Shown here: positions 1-12,164 of the stretch, in pieces
How positions within the stretch are numbered: the first letter of the stretch is position 1
Layout of the letters: every line of letters begins with the position of its first letter
From: Octopus sinensis
Taxonomy: Eukaryota
Assembly: GCF_006345805.1 (NCBI RefSeq)
Contig: NC_043011.1
Location: forward strand, 5,642,001 to 5,706,000
Length of the DNA stretch: 64,000 nucleotides
Direction of reading: 5' to 3'
Notes under the pieces: model-generated
The model's database searches: none
What the model saw: only the letters and a program-made list of their open reading frames with translations
Told to the model about the DNA's origin: nothing
Position numbers and translations under genes: made by a program

Positions 1-298
1 AATTCCAAGGGTTATGATATAGGTTTAAGGTTAGGCTTAGCATTTACGATTAGAGATTAAGTTAAATGAAGAAGGGGTGTATGTGTGGAGGGGATCCGAA
101 GCAGTATTGATAAAGTAAAAAAGAATAAATATGCTTGTGTGTGTGTGTGCGCGAGTGCTTTTCAGTGCCTTGTCGTTGTTGATATTGTCCTTCGTTGTTG
201 CTTTTTCTCTTCCATTTACTATCACTTCTTTCTCAAATTTATTTCCCTGGGGAATTTTTGACCAGTCTCTTTGATTCGTCTGCTTTGTCAAACGTATT

Positions 299-709
299 CT
301 TTTACTCTTTTACTCTTTTACTTGTTTCAGTCATTTGACTGCGGACATGCTGGAGCACCGCTTTTAGTCGAGCAACTCGACCCCGGGACTTATTCTTTTT
401 GTAAGCCCAGTACTTATTCTATCGGTCTCTTTTTGCCGAACCGCTAAGTTACGGGGGACGTAAACACACCAGCATCGGTTGTCGAGCAATGCTAGGGGAA
501 CAAACACAGACACACAAACACACACACATACATATATATACATATATACGACAGGCTTCTTTCAGTTTCCGTTCACCAAATCTACTCACAAGGCATTGGT
601 CGGCCCGGGGCTATAGCAGAAGACACTTGCCCAAGATGCCACGCAGTGCGACTGAACCCGGAACCATGTGGTTGGTTAGCAAGCTACTTACCACACAGCC
701 ACTCCTGCG
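299..709 (-). mobile_element. tRNA-derived SINE, family A (resembles octopus OK-type SINE), full length
   Basis: Minus strand starts GCAGGAGTGGCTGTGTGGTAAG (A-box-like) with GGTTCAGTCGCA (B-box-like), has a central (TA/CA) tract and a (TAAAAGAG)n tail. Near-identical copies recur through the window. Confidence 0.9.
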
Positions 710-845
710 GAAGATTTTGTGGAAGATTTTTGCAAACTGTATTTTCTAAATCTGGAGGTAGTGCCGTCCGGTAGAATCTTTTAACGACGGGCGTGATAAG
801 AGTAAACATTCTCAGTTTGTATAGGTAGGGTTAATGACATACGTA

Positions 846-962
846 ACCTGTGTTGCATACCAAGGCATTTCCGACAAAGAACACGGTGGACAAAGAACAC
901 CATTGTGTTGAATTAGCCCACCGTGTTCTGTGTCAGAAATGCCTTGGCATGCAACAACAGGT
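846..962. repeat. Short inverted repeat / hairpin (~44-bp arms)
   Basis: 851-889 TGTTGCATACCAAGGCATTTCCGACAAAGAACACGGTGG is the reverse complement of 918-956 with 3 mismatches. Confidence 0.85.
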
Positions 963-1396
963 GCTCACGACCCTGGAACTAGTTGGAGGAAAAAAAAAGT
1001 TGCTATTCAAAAGCTCGGCGTGGTAGTTCTACCGCACCTACCGGGTAATCTTTTTCTTGGTTGCCACCCATTTCTTCGAGGCGTTTCACCAACGCCGTGG
1101 AGCTGAAAAAAGTTACTCGATGAACTCTTCTAGTTAAGAGCCGATGATTCCAATCACCGACGCTCGCCGAAAGTTGGCAATAAGTCACGAACAACTGAGG
1201 AGAGTATTCTGGCTTCGAATTTTGGCACGAGGTCATCAGGTTAGGTGCGGGTGGGAGGGGCAGATGGTAAGTCGATTACATCGGTCCCAACGCTCAAATG
1301 GTACTTATTTCATCGACCCCTAAAGGCTGTGATTTGTTTAAATATGTGCGTGCGTGTGTATGTGCACGCATCATGCGCATTATTATCCGTCTCATT

Positions 1397-1483
1397 CTCT
1401 CTCTCTCTCTCTCTCCCGCTTTCCTTCTCTCTATATATACATACATACATACATACATATATACACACACATATATATATATA

Positions 1484-1572
<89 letters not shown>

Positions 1573-1623
1573 GTATATATATATATGTATATATATGTAT
1601 ATATACATACACGCAATATATAT

Positions 1624-1666
<43 letters not shown>

Positions 1667-1670
1667 ATTA
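1397..1670. repeat. Compound microsatellite (CT)n/(TACA)n/(TA)n
   Basis: Directly visible. Confidence 0.95.
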
Positions 1671-2084
1671 ATTCTTATATCTATTTATTTAGTTTTTTTA
1701 AATATATATATTTATATATAAAGGGATCTAACGTATTACATTTTAATTTGAGAACTAATTTCCTTAGACAATATATTATTTAATTATTAGGTGGCATATT
1801 TATTATGTAATATTAAATTTTAAGTTAATTAGGTATTATATTAATTGATATTTAGTCAACTATGTTATAGATTGATATATTAAATCTGTAGATACTACAC
1901 ATGTATATTAATTATACAGTTAGCTTTATTTAATGAGTTTGTCTATATTTGAACCATTTCTTATTTTGATTACAATTTAATGACTAGCATTGTGTATTTT
2001 AATTAATCTTAAAGTATTTAATAATTTAAGTATTGTTTTAGTTTTCACTTATGTATATTTAGTATTTATATATAAGCGTGTAAA

Positions 2085-2578
2085 CATGCCCTGGCAAAAC
2101 CCCTCAAGATTCTCTTCCAGAGCTTTCTTACAAATGGCAAACTGCCAAGCAAGCTGAAGGAGGGAATAATATGCCCAATACATAAAGGGGGAAGTAGAGA
2201 AGATGCCAAAAACTATAGGCCTATCTCTCTGACTTCATACATCAGCAAAGTCATGGAACGGATAGTAAGAGGGAAACTAATCGCATTCCTTGAAAAAAAA
2301 ATAACTTGCTAAGTGATACCCAACATGGTTTTCGACCAGGTAGGAGCTACCAGACCCAGCTCTTACAACATTATGACTGGGTGTTGAGGCAGTTACTCAA
2401 CAAATCAAATGTGGATGTAATATACGTTGATTTTGCAAAAGCTTTTGACAAGGTGGATCATGGTATGATATGCCACAAACTGCGTGACCTCGGTATAGCT
2501 GGAAAACTTGGAGTGTGGTTACATGACTTCCTGAAAGATAGGAGTCAGGCAGTAGTGGCTAATGGAGCCACCTCTATG
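2085..2578 (+). mobile_element. CR1-clade LINE reverse transcriptase fragment
   Basis: NYRPISLTS..SKVMER, QHGFRPGRS, DVIYVDFAKAFDKVDH motifs; frameshifted; truncated at a (TACA)n tract. Confidence 0.9.
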
Positions 2579-2585
2579 AACACAC

Positions 2586-2651
2586 AAATACATACATACA
2601 TACATACATACATACATACTACATACATACATACATACATACATACATACA

Positions 2652-2682
<31 letters not shown>
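2586..2682. repeat. (TACA)n microsatellite
   Basis: Directly visible. Confidence 0.95.
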
Positions 2683-3261
2683 CCATCCAATACATCGACA
2701 CAGTTTAATGAAATTATTTTGGTGACCGATTCCAGAAAACTTAAATTCATTGAAATATCGAACAGCTCTCTTTTAGACTCTTTTGTTGTAGACAAAGCAG
2801 TGCTTGTGTTCTTAGTTAAGCCCTCATGACTTCCTGAGGTGTGGTTTCTATAACTGTTTGTTCAATATTTTTTACATATTTGCGTGACGGTTATTATTAT
2901 TTCTGCAGAATTATATACTTAGCGTGTTACTTAGCACCGAGTAACATAACGTAGGTTGATTTTTGATGAAAGAGATTTACAATCCGTGACATTTACTCTT
3001 TTCATGCGTATTTGCGAAAATACAGATTATTTTATCGCAATGTATAATTTCCTTTCTTTTATCTAAATATTGTAGTTTTCTATTAAGATGATCGGCGTGC
3101 TTTTATTTCTTTCGTTTGCTGTGGTCCGTCCAGTTTGTTTGTTATGAGAATGTATTGGAGCTGTTGCTGCATATTATAGAAACAGGAATGTTTGTCACGT
3201 GTTCGAATATGCCCCAAGTATATTTGAATTCGTAATAACCTCGGATATATACATATCACTG

Positions 3262-3432
3262 GTAGTTACGTTCTGAGTTCAAATTCCGCCGAGGTCAACT
3301 TTGCCTTTCATCCTTTCGGGGTCGATAAATAAAGTACCAGTTTCGCACTGGGGACGATATAATCGACTTAATCCCTTCGTCTGTCCTTGTTTGTCCCCTC
3401 TATGTTTAGTCCCTTGTGGGCAGTAAAGAAAT
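3262..3432 (+). mobile_element. SINE family B with Deu/Nin-like core, 5'-truncated
   Basis: GTTCAAATTCCGCCGAGGTCAACTTTGCCTTTCATCCTTTCGGGGTCGATAAATAAAGTACC matches the Deu/Nin-type core as recalled; many copies in the window. Confidence 0.8.
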
Positions 3433-3467
3433 ATATATACATATCACTGCTTAGCGCTGCAGTCCCG

Positions 3468-3469
<2 letters not shown>

Positions 3470-3531
<62 letters not shown>
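3470..3531. repeat. (TA)n microsatellite
   Basis: Directly visible. Confidence 0.95.
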
Positions 3532-3534
<3 letters not shown>

Positions 3535-3742
3535 GTGAAATAGAAAGATGAATAATCTTGTAGTGGATTAATCAAAAGTTTAACCGATACCTTAGTAGCA
3601 AAAATCACAGCAGTGAACAGCACGGTTGGAGGTACAACCATCTGGCGTTGCAACCGTGCGTTGGTGCGGATAATTGAAATTAAAACATTATTGGTGAATT
3701 GAAGAAATGGAGCTGAACGCAGATTGAACAGAAATCGTTTTA

Positions 3743-3831
3743 TTTCATTCTACACGTGTTTCGAAAGGCACAAATTACCAAAATCCGATTGAATAATGGG
3801 ACCATATTGTGTCTTTCTCTTCAGGAAGAAA
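3743..3831 (-). ncRNA. Type I hammerhead ribozyme (mirror copy in left arm)
   Basis: Reverse complement of the motif at 4945-5033; core, stem II and stem III identical. Confidence 0.8.
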
Positions 3832-4944
3832 AAAGAAATCCGTTGGAAAAACAAAAACAGAACAGAGGCAGAGCAAAAAACAAATCGAACTGTGCTCCTA
3901 AGAGCCCATGGCGAAACTGTTTATCAGTGTATGTTGAGAACCGGTGGCTGAAGAATTCAACAGGTCAGGCATCGGTCAAACATGTGGGTGAGGGCGTATA
4001 GATGTTCTTTGTGACCGAGAATAAAGTTCTGACTATTTAAAGAATATTGGATGTTTTATAAGGGGCGAGAAAAAATCTACTTAGAGACGTGTGTGTGTGT
4101 ATACTGTTCTATATATGTGTGTGTTGGCGTAGGGGTAGAAAACATTTTTTGTGTACGTGTGTGCGTTTGATCGTTCGGCTGTCAGTGGCTACTGCCGTGA
4201 TAACCGTTGGGTGGCAGAAAGAAAAAAAATAAAGAAATTATATATATATATTTTATGTTTTATAAACGGGCTCTTACAGTCGGCTTTTCGATGCCCCCAT
4301 TGGCGGCGTTACACTTATCTGGCCTTTAAATAGCGTTTATAAATAAGACCGGCACCCATAGCCCTTGGTAACAAATTCTGAAATAGATTTTAAGATATCT
4401 ACAATTAACCACTGCAAGGGAAATTACTCCTGTAAGACAAACGGGGCTTGTTTTTTCACAGCGGGGGGTTTCCTTGTCAAGGTAGGCTTAGATGAACCAC
4501 ACACACACACACATAAAACATAAAATATATATATATAATTTCTTTATTTTTTTTCTTTCTGCCACCCAACGGTTATCACGGCAGTAGCCACTGACAGCCG
4601 AACGATCAAACGCACACACGTACACAAAAAATGTTTTCTACCCCTACGCCAACACACACATATATAGAACAGTATACACACCACACACGTCTCTAAGTAG
4701 ATTTTTTCTCGCCCCTTATAAAACATCCAATATTCTTTAAATAGTCAGAACTTTATTCTCGGTCACAAAGAACATCTATACGCCCTCACCCACATTTTTG
4801 ACCGATGCCTGACCTGTTGATTCTTCAGCCACCGGTTCTCAACATACACTGATAAACAGTTTCGCCAGGGCTCTTAGGAGCACAGTTCGATTTGTTTTTT
4901 GCTCTGCCTCTGTTCTGTTTTTGTTTTTCCAACGGATTTCCTTT

Positions 4945-5033
4945 TTTCTTCCTGAAGAGAAAGACACAATATGGTCCCATTATTCAATCGGATTTTGGTA
5001 ATTTGTGCCTTTCGAAACACGTGTAGAATGAAA
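4945..5033 (+). ncRNA. Type I hammerhead ribozyme
   Basis: Core CTGAAGA 4952-4958; stem II GAAAG.CACAA / TTGTG.CTTTC; GAAA 5014-5017; palindromic stem III ACACGTGT; GUA triplet (cleavage after 5025); stem I TTTCTTC / GAA(T)GAAA. Confidence 0.8.
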
Positions 5034-5148
5034 TAAAACGATTTCTGTTCAATCTGCGTTCAGCTCCATTTCTTCAATTCACCAATAATGTTTTATATAT
5101 ATATATATATATATAAATCAAAATAAGCAACAAGGATAACCAAAGGTA

Positions 5149-5237
5149 ATGCAGTACGATTGTTTCATGCAACTCCATTTAATTGAACAATACAATCATT
5201 AAATCAATTTAAAATGCAGAGCAATCCTCAGCTGCAC
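5149..5237 (-). ncRNA. Minimal type I hammerhead ribozyme (second family)
   Basis: Minus strand: GTGCAG-CTGAGGA-[TTGC...extended hairpin...GCAT]-GAAAC-AATC-GTA-CTGCAT; 6-bp stem I, intact core, 2-bp stem III. Confidence 0.75.
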
Positions 5238-5239
5238 AA

Positions 5240-7060
5240 AGACATAGAGTTTAATTAAATTAGAACAGATGGACACATTAGTATAATTATACCTAAAATC
5301 TCCAAGAAGTTAAGGAGATAGACAAAGAACATGGTGTCTCGCTCCAGCATAGAAGTTACTGCTTTTCAAGAAGATATACATTGTTACAGACTTTACCTGT
5401 CACTGAATTTTTTTTTTGTTGTTTTTATAGGGTCAGTTTTAATTTATAGACTAGTTTATCAAAGCCTTGCATATCTAAGGCTGAGAGAACAGAGGGACAG
5501 TATCTGTTGGGGGTAGGGCTGAGGGAGCAGATAGACATCATAGTTGGTATAGTCATAAAAATCAAGATTTATTATAAGCAATATCATGATGTTTGGTAAA
5601 GGAAAACTTAAAACAAGATGTTAGCTGACAATTAAGTGTGTCGCCCACTAGCAGATCATTGATGATAAAATAGGGGAAGTCTTATCATGAGGTACTATAG
5701 TCAAATATTTTAAACAATGTTGCTATATTGCATACAGAGGATTATTAAGAAGAATATTATAACAAAAGGATAGAAATTTATGAATACTTTTGAGTATATA
5801 CCAAACTTTTACCACAATAGAGGGAGGAAAAGAAATTATCCAGAATTAGTTTAATATTTATACATATTGTACACTTAAATACTAACTAATCAGATGGTAT
5901 CTGTGAATATTGATTAATTGGTATATACTGGTATTAATAAAGGAGTATTGAGGTAAAGGTACATGCTAATTATATATTGATAAAATTATAATCAAAGCAG
6001 TTTTTTTATAAGTAGTGAATATTCCAGTATGGTTTTATATAAGCTAAGTATGAATTTATAGAGATAAAAAAATTAGATTAATTTTATAAATAAATAAAAG
6101 CTAATTATAAAATAATAAAGAAATAAAATAAAATAATCAAGTAGGGCAGAACATCATAGAAAAGGAAATAAAATGGCTTAATTACTAATACTATGGTAAA
6201 GTATATGTAGCTTATTAACACCATTAGAGAAGATTTTTAGAAAAAGTAAAATAATTCAAAATATATTAGACTAAAAGTTATATATTTACTTATTTAGCTA
6301 ATATTAATAAAAGACTGATGTCTGGTATCGGCTAAAGGAATATCTAAGTTATGGAACAATCATATTTTACACTAATCTTTTTTTTTTAAATTAAGGGTTA
6401 TATTAAGAGTTTAAGGGTTACTCCCTACACGATATTTATAGTTTCTTAGTGGTACTTGTTTAGAAGGGTTATTTCTATAAAGGCCCTTATAAATACTAAG
6501 TTCAGGAGGGTAGAGCCATTTAAGAAAGGGATAAATCAAGTAATTTCTAAAGATCATTTCAAACAATATTGTCTTATTGTATAAAGTTAAAATTTAGGGT
6601 AATCAAGAAGATTATCAAGAATGAAATTTTAACGAAAGGATAAAACTTCTTTGAATATTTTGAGTATTTACCAAATTTTTACCACAAAAGAGGGAGGAAA
6701 AGAAAATTGCAAAGAAATAGTTTAATATTTATTTACTTATTATTTATCTAAATACTAACTTATTATATGGTTACCATGGAGATTGATCAAATTGGATTTA
6801 ACTGGAATTTAATAAGGGAGCAACTGAGGTTAAAGAACATGTTAACTATATATTGATTTAATTAAATTGAACTATTTTAAATTGTCAAAATACCGGTATT
6901 AACTTATGAGTACGAATTAATAGGGGTACAAAGATAAGATTTATTTAAAGCTACTATGAAATAATAAATTCAATTGATCAATCTCCATAGAAGCCATAAA
7001 AGTTACTATTTAGATAAATAGTAGGTTTTAAAAAAATATCAAATATTAAATATTAATATT
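5240..7060. other. AT-rich, C-poor relic segment with a diverged internal duplication (period ~870 bp); possibly decayed coding sequence
   Basis: 5737-5985 aligns with 6607-6860; the differences show a codon-like pattern in one + frame; many stop codons. Confidence 0.4.
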
Positions 7061-7273
7061 AAAATATTAAACTATTTCTTTGTAATTTTCTTTTCTTCAC
7101 TGGTGTTGATGTGGAAGTTTTCAAGGAACGTCTGGACAGGTTTCTATCTGAGATACCAGATGAACTCACATTGTGGCAGGATACGCAAACAAGAGCAGCT
7201 CCATCCCCCTGGCTACTTCAACAAAAACAATATCAAAACACCACCGAGTAACTACAGCTGAAACCAATAAAAG

Positions 7274-7319
<46 letters not shown>

Positions 7320-7801
7320 TTGATATTGTTTTTGTTGAAGTAGCCAGGGGGATGGAGCTTCTATGGAGATTGATCAATTGAATTTATTATTTCATAGTAG
7401 CTTTAAATAAATCTTATCTTTGTACCCCTATTAATTCGTACTCATAAGGTAATACCGGTATTTTGACAACTTAAAATAGTTCAATTTAATTAAATTAATA
7501 TATAGTTAACATGTTCTTTAACCTCAGTTGCTCCCTTATTAAATTCCAGTTAAATCCAATTTGATCAATCTCCATGGTAACCATATAATAAGTTAATATT
7601 TAGATAAATAATAAGTAAATAAATATTAAACTATTTCTTTGCAATTTTCTTTTCCTCCCTCTTTTGTGGTAAAAATTTGGTAAATACTCAAAATATTCAA
7701 AGAAGTTTTATCCTTTTGTTAAAATTTCATTCTTAATAATCTTCTTGATTACCCTAAATTTTAACTTTATACAATAAGACAATATTGTTTGAAATGATCT
7801 T
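6550..7801. repeat. Inverted duplication (6550-6993 / 7357-7801, plus 7197-7250 / 7317-7360) around a (TA)n tract
   Basis: About 445-bp arms with ~6 substitutions; central (TA)n at 7278-7316. Confidence 0.9.
7097..7278 (+). mobile_element. CR1-clade LINE 3' end
   Basis: Translates GVDVEVFKERLDRFLSEIPDE, the typical CR1 ORF2 C-terminus. Confidence 0.75.
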
Positions 7802-7825
7802 ATATATAGGTAATGATCTTATATA

Positions 7826-9402
7826 TTGGTAATGAACGTTACGGAGAGGGTCATAGCCCAACTGATTAGGGAGAGAGTCAACTTGGATGAGATGCAGTTT
7901 GGTTTCGTGCCAGGGAAAAGCACCACTGATGCCATATTTCTGGTGAGACAGCTGCAGGAGAAATACCTAGCCAAAGATAAGCCCCTGTACCTGGCTTTCG
8001 TTGACATGGAGAAAGCCTTCGACAGGGTCCCCCGATCCCTTATCTGGTGGTCAATGAGGAAACTAGGGATAGATGAATGGCTGGTGAGAGCTGTACAAGC
8101 CATGTACAGGTTAGGGTTTGCAACGTGTACACTGAACAATTCAAGGTAGAGGTTGGGGTCCACCAAGGTTCAGTCCTCAGCCCCCTCCTATTTATCATAG
8201 TCCTCCAGGTAATTACGGAGGAATTCAAGACAGGATGCCCCTAGGAGCTCCTCTATGCTGACGACCTTGCTCTAATTGCTGAGTCACTATCAGAACTGGA
8301 GGAGAAGTTTCAGGTGTGGAAGGAGGGATTAGAATCGAGGGGCCTTAGAGTCAACCTAGCTAAAACCAAAGTCGTAATAAGTAGGAAGGTAGACAAACCA
8401 CAAATGCCTTTAGGTAGATGGCCCTGCTCGATCTTTAGAAAAGGCGTAGGTAGAAACTCTATAAGATGTACCCAGTGTAAGCTATGGACATATAAGAGAT
8501 GCAGCAATGTCAAAGGAAGGCTAACTGGGAAGATAGTTTTTGTATGTGGCAGATGCTCAGGGGCAATAAACACTGAAAACAACTTCCGTCACTTTCCAGG
8601 GGGAAAAACTAGAAGTAGTTGATAGCTTCCGTTATCTAGGTGACTAAGTCAGTAGCGGGGGTGGGTGTGCTGAAAGTGTAGCTGCTAGAGTAAGAATAGC
8701 CTGGGCAAAGTTCAGAGAGCTCTTACCTCTGCTGGTGACTAAAGGCCTCTCGCTCAGAGTAAAAGGCAGACTGTATGATGCATGTGTACGAACAGCCATG
8801 CTACATGGCAGTGAAACATGGGCCGTGACTGCTGAGGAGATGCGTAAGCTCGCGAGGAATGAAGCCAGTATGCTCCGATGGATGTGTAATGTCAGTGTTT
8901 ATACTCGACAGAGTGTAAGTACCTTGAGAGAAAATTTGGACCTAAGAAGCATCAGTTGTGGTGTGCAAGAGAGACGATTGCACTGGTATGGTCATGTGGC
9001 GAGAATGGATGAAGATAGGTGTGTGAAAAAGTGCCAATCCCTAGCAGTTGAGGGAACCCGTGGAAGAGGTAGACCCAGGAAAACCTGCGACGAGGTGGTG
9101 AAGCACGACCTTCGAACTTTAGGCCTCACCGAGGCAATGACTAGCGACCGAGACTTTGGAAATATGCTGTGCGTGAGAAGACCCGGCAGGACAAGTGAGT
9201 CCAACCCACTTATGCATGTCTTTCCTCCCTTGGACACACAAAGACCTGTTGAGGCAAGTGAAGTCGAAATCGAACCTCATCCGACGACAGGCACCCATGC
9301 CAACCTCCCTTCATTGGACACTAAACTCTGCTTGCGAAGACCTGTTGGGGCAAGTGAAATCGAAATCGGAATCGAAATTGAACCAATCCTGACTGGTACC
9401 CG
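7826..9402 (+). mobile_element. RTE-clade LINE, 5'-truncated and decayed (copy 1)
   Basis: QFGFVPGKSTTDAIF, FVDMEKAFDRVPR, GVHQGSVLSPLLF, LLYADDL, LHGSETWAV motifs with frameshifts and stops. Confidence 0.95.
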
Positions 9403-11040
9403 GCTGTGAAAGCCATGTACAGGGACGCTGTCAGTAAGGTGAGGGTTGGCAACGAGTACAGGGAAGAATTCCGGGTAGAGGTCCACCAAGGTTTAGTCCT
9501 CAACTTCCTCTTATTCATCATAGTCCTACAAGCAATAACGGAGGAATTCAAGACAGGATACCCCTGGGAGCTTCTCTATGCTGACGACCTTACTCTAATT
9601 GCTGAGTCACTATCAGAACTAAAGGAGAAGTTTCAAGTGTGGAAACAAGGATTAGAATCGGACGGCCTTAGAGTCAGCCTAGCTAAAACCAAAGTCCTAA
9701 TAAGTAGGAAGGCAGACAAACCACAAATCCCTTTAGGTAGGTGGCCCTGCTCGATCTGTAGAAAAGGCATAGATAGAAACTATAAGATGTACCCAGTGTA
9801 AGCTATGGACACATAAGAGGTGCAGCAATATCAAAGGAAGGCTAACTGGGAAGATAGTTTTTGTATGTGGCAGATGCTCGGGAGCAATAGACACTGAAAA
9901 TGTGCAGAGAACAACTTCCGCCACATTCCAGGGAGAAAAAGTAGAAATAGTTGATATCTTCAGTTACCTAGGTGACCAAGTCAGTAGCAGGAGAGGGTGC
10001 TCTGAAAGTGTAGCTGCTAGAATAAGAATAGCCTGGACAAAGTTCCGAGAGATCTTGCCTATGTTGGTGACAAAGGGCCTCTTGCTCAAAGTAAAAAGTA
10101 GGCTTATGACGCATGTGTACGAACAGCCATGCTACATGGCAGTGAAACATGGGCCGTGACTGCTGAGGAGATGCGTAAGCTCGCAAGGAATGAAGCCAGT
10201 ATGCTCCGATGGATGTGTAATGTCAGTGTGCATACTCGACAGAGTGTAAGTACCTTGAGAGAAAAGTTGGACCTAAGAAGCATCAGATGTAGTGTGCAAG
10301 AGAGACGACTGCGCTGGTATGGTCATGTGGCAAGAATGGATGAAGATAGTTGTGTGAAAAAGTGCCACACCCAAGCGGTTGAGGGAACCTGTGGAAGAGG
10401 TAGACCCAGGAAGACCTGGAATGAGGTGGTGAAGCATGACCTTCGAACATTGGGCCTTACCAAGGCAATGACTAGTGACCGGGACCTTTGGAAATATGCT
10501 GTGCATGAGAAGACTCGGCAAGCCAAGTGAGACCATAACCTCGTGGCCTATGCCAGGGATGTAAACCAGCCCACTTATTTAATGCATACCTTTCCTTCAT
10601 TGGACACTAAACTCTGCTTGCAAAGATCTGTTGAGGCAAGTGAAATCGAAATCAAATTTGATGACTGGCAGCCATGCTAGTGGAGCGCTAAGAGCACCAT
10701 CCGAGCATGATCATTGCCAGAGCAACAAACAGGCACTTGTGCTTGAAGCACGTGAAAAAACATTCGAGCGAGGTCATAGCCAGTGCCGCTGGACTTGCCT
10801 CTGTGCAGATGGCACGTAAAAAACACCATTTGAGCATGGCTGTTTCCAATACTGCCTGACTGGCCCTCGTGCCGGTGGCACGTAAAAGCACCCGCTACAC
10901 TCTCAGAGTGGTTGACATTAGGAAGGGCATCCAGCTGTAGAAACTCTGCCAGATCAAGATTGGAGTTTGGTGCAGCCATCAGGTTTGCCAGACCTCAGTC
11001 AAATCGTCCTACCGATGTTATCATGGAAAGTGGACATTAA

Positions 11041-11092
<52 letters not shown>
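9403..11092 (+). mobile_element. RTE-clade LINE, 5'-truncated (copy 2) with 3' UTR and (ATG)n tail
   Basis: Repeats the second half of copy 1 (LLYADDL, HGSETW, RGRGRPRKTW); ends in (ATG)n at 11041-11092. Confidence 0.92.
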
Positions 11093-11094
<2 letters not shown>

Positions 11095-11443
11095 ATATTA
11101 TATTCTATACATGTATACTGCAGGCTGTACATAAAAGCAGTGTTGTCGATAAACAAACAAGTAGATCAGCTGAGATCTGCTGCGAACATATTTGACCTGC
11201 TGCATAAAGTAGTAACCGGTGTTTATTGTTGAGAACATTTCTCGCTTTAGGCAATAAATGTTCAAAAACACCAACAGCTCTTTCGTGGCGCTGCAGAACA
11301 AATACTTGAATTGATCTTTCTATTTATTGTTGTTTCGTGACGCTTATTTACTATTATTTATTCTTTTTGCCAAATAAATTCATGTATAATATATTCGTTC
11401 TTCACTTCAGCATTATTATGTCCCTATTTTCGTGTCCTTTGCA

Positions 11444-11900
<457 letters not shown>

Positions 11901-12164
11901 ACAGACAGTCACACAGACAAATGGATCATAAGCAAAAAGTGATTAACAAGGGTTTGGTAATCCAGGCAAAATACTTCATAAGCTCCCTTGTACCTAAAAA
12001 TACATCTGCCTAACCTGTGATCGTTATTGCATTTCAGGTTATCTGAAGTCAAAGTCCATCACCATAGCTGTTTCCCATAAGCAGTTGGATGCGTTCAATT
12101 TCAGTTTTTAACAATTGATTGGTGGGAAATATAAAGAACAACGTTCACTTGCTCCAGGCCCACC

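Larger units (their letters stand above)
3532..5095. mobile_element. Foldback element: inverted ~583-bp arms (3681-4263 / 4513-5095) with ~250-bp spacer, each arm carrying an HHR; probably Penelope-like pseudo-LTRs
   Basis: Arms are reverse complements with only a few differences; (TA)n tracts flank both sides; no ORF with recognisable motifs. Confidence 0.75.

Noticed and set aside
1-62. Degenerate TTAGGG-like repeats suggesting a telomere
   Set aside because: Too short and divergent, and truncated by the window edge.
1199-1250. CTGAGGA / CTGATGA hammerhead candidates
   Set aside because: No GAAA after a stem II and no stem I pairing on either strand.
1245-1783. Many YI/IY/SL/HT-rich ORFs here and elsewhere in the ORF track
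   Set aside because: They are translations of (TA)n, (CT)n, (CA)n and (TATC)n microsatellites.
5240-7060. Mitochondrial insertion (NUMT)
   Set aside because: AT-rich and strand-skewed, but no mitochondrial protein, rRNA or tRNA motif could be read in any frame examined under the invertebrate mitochondrial code.
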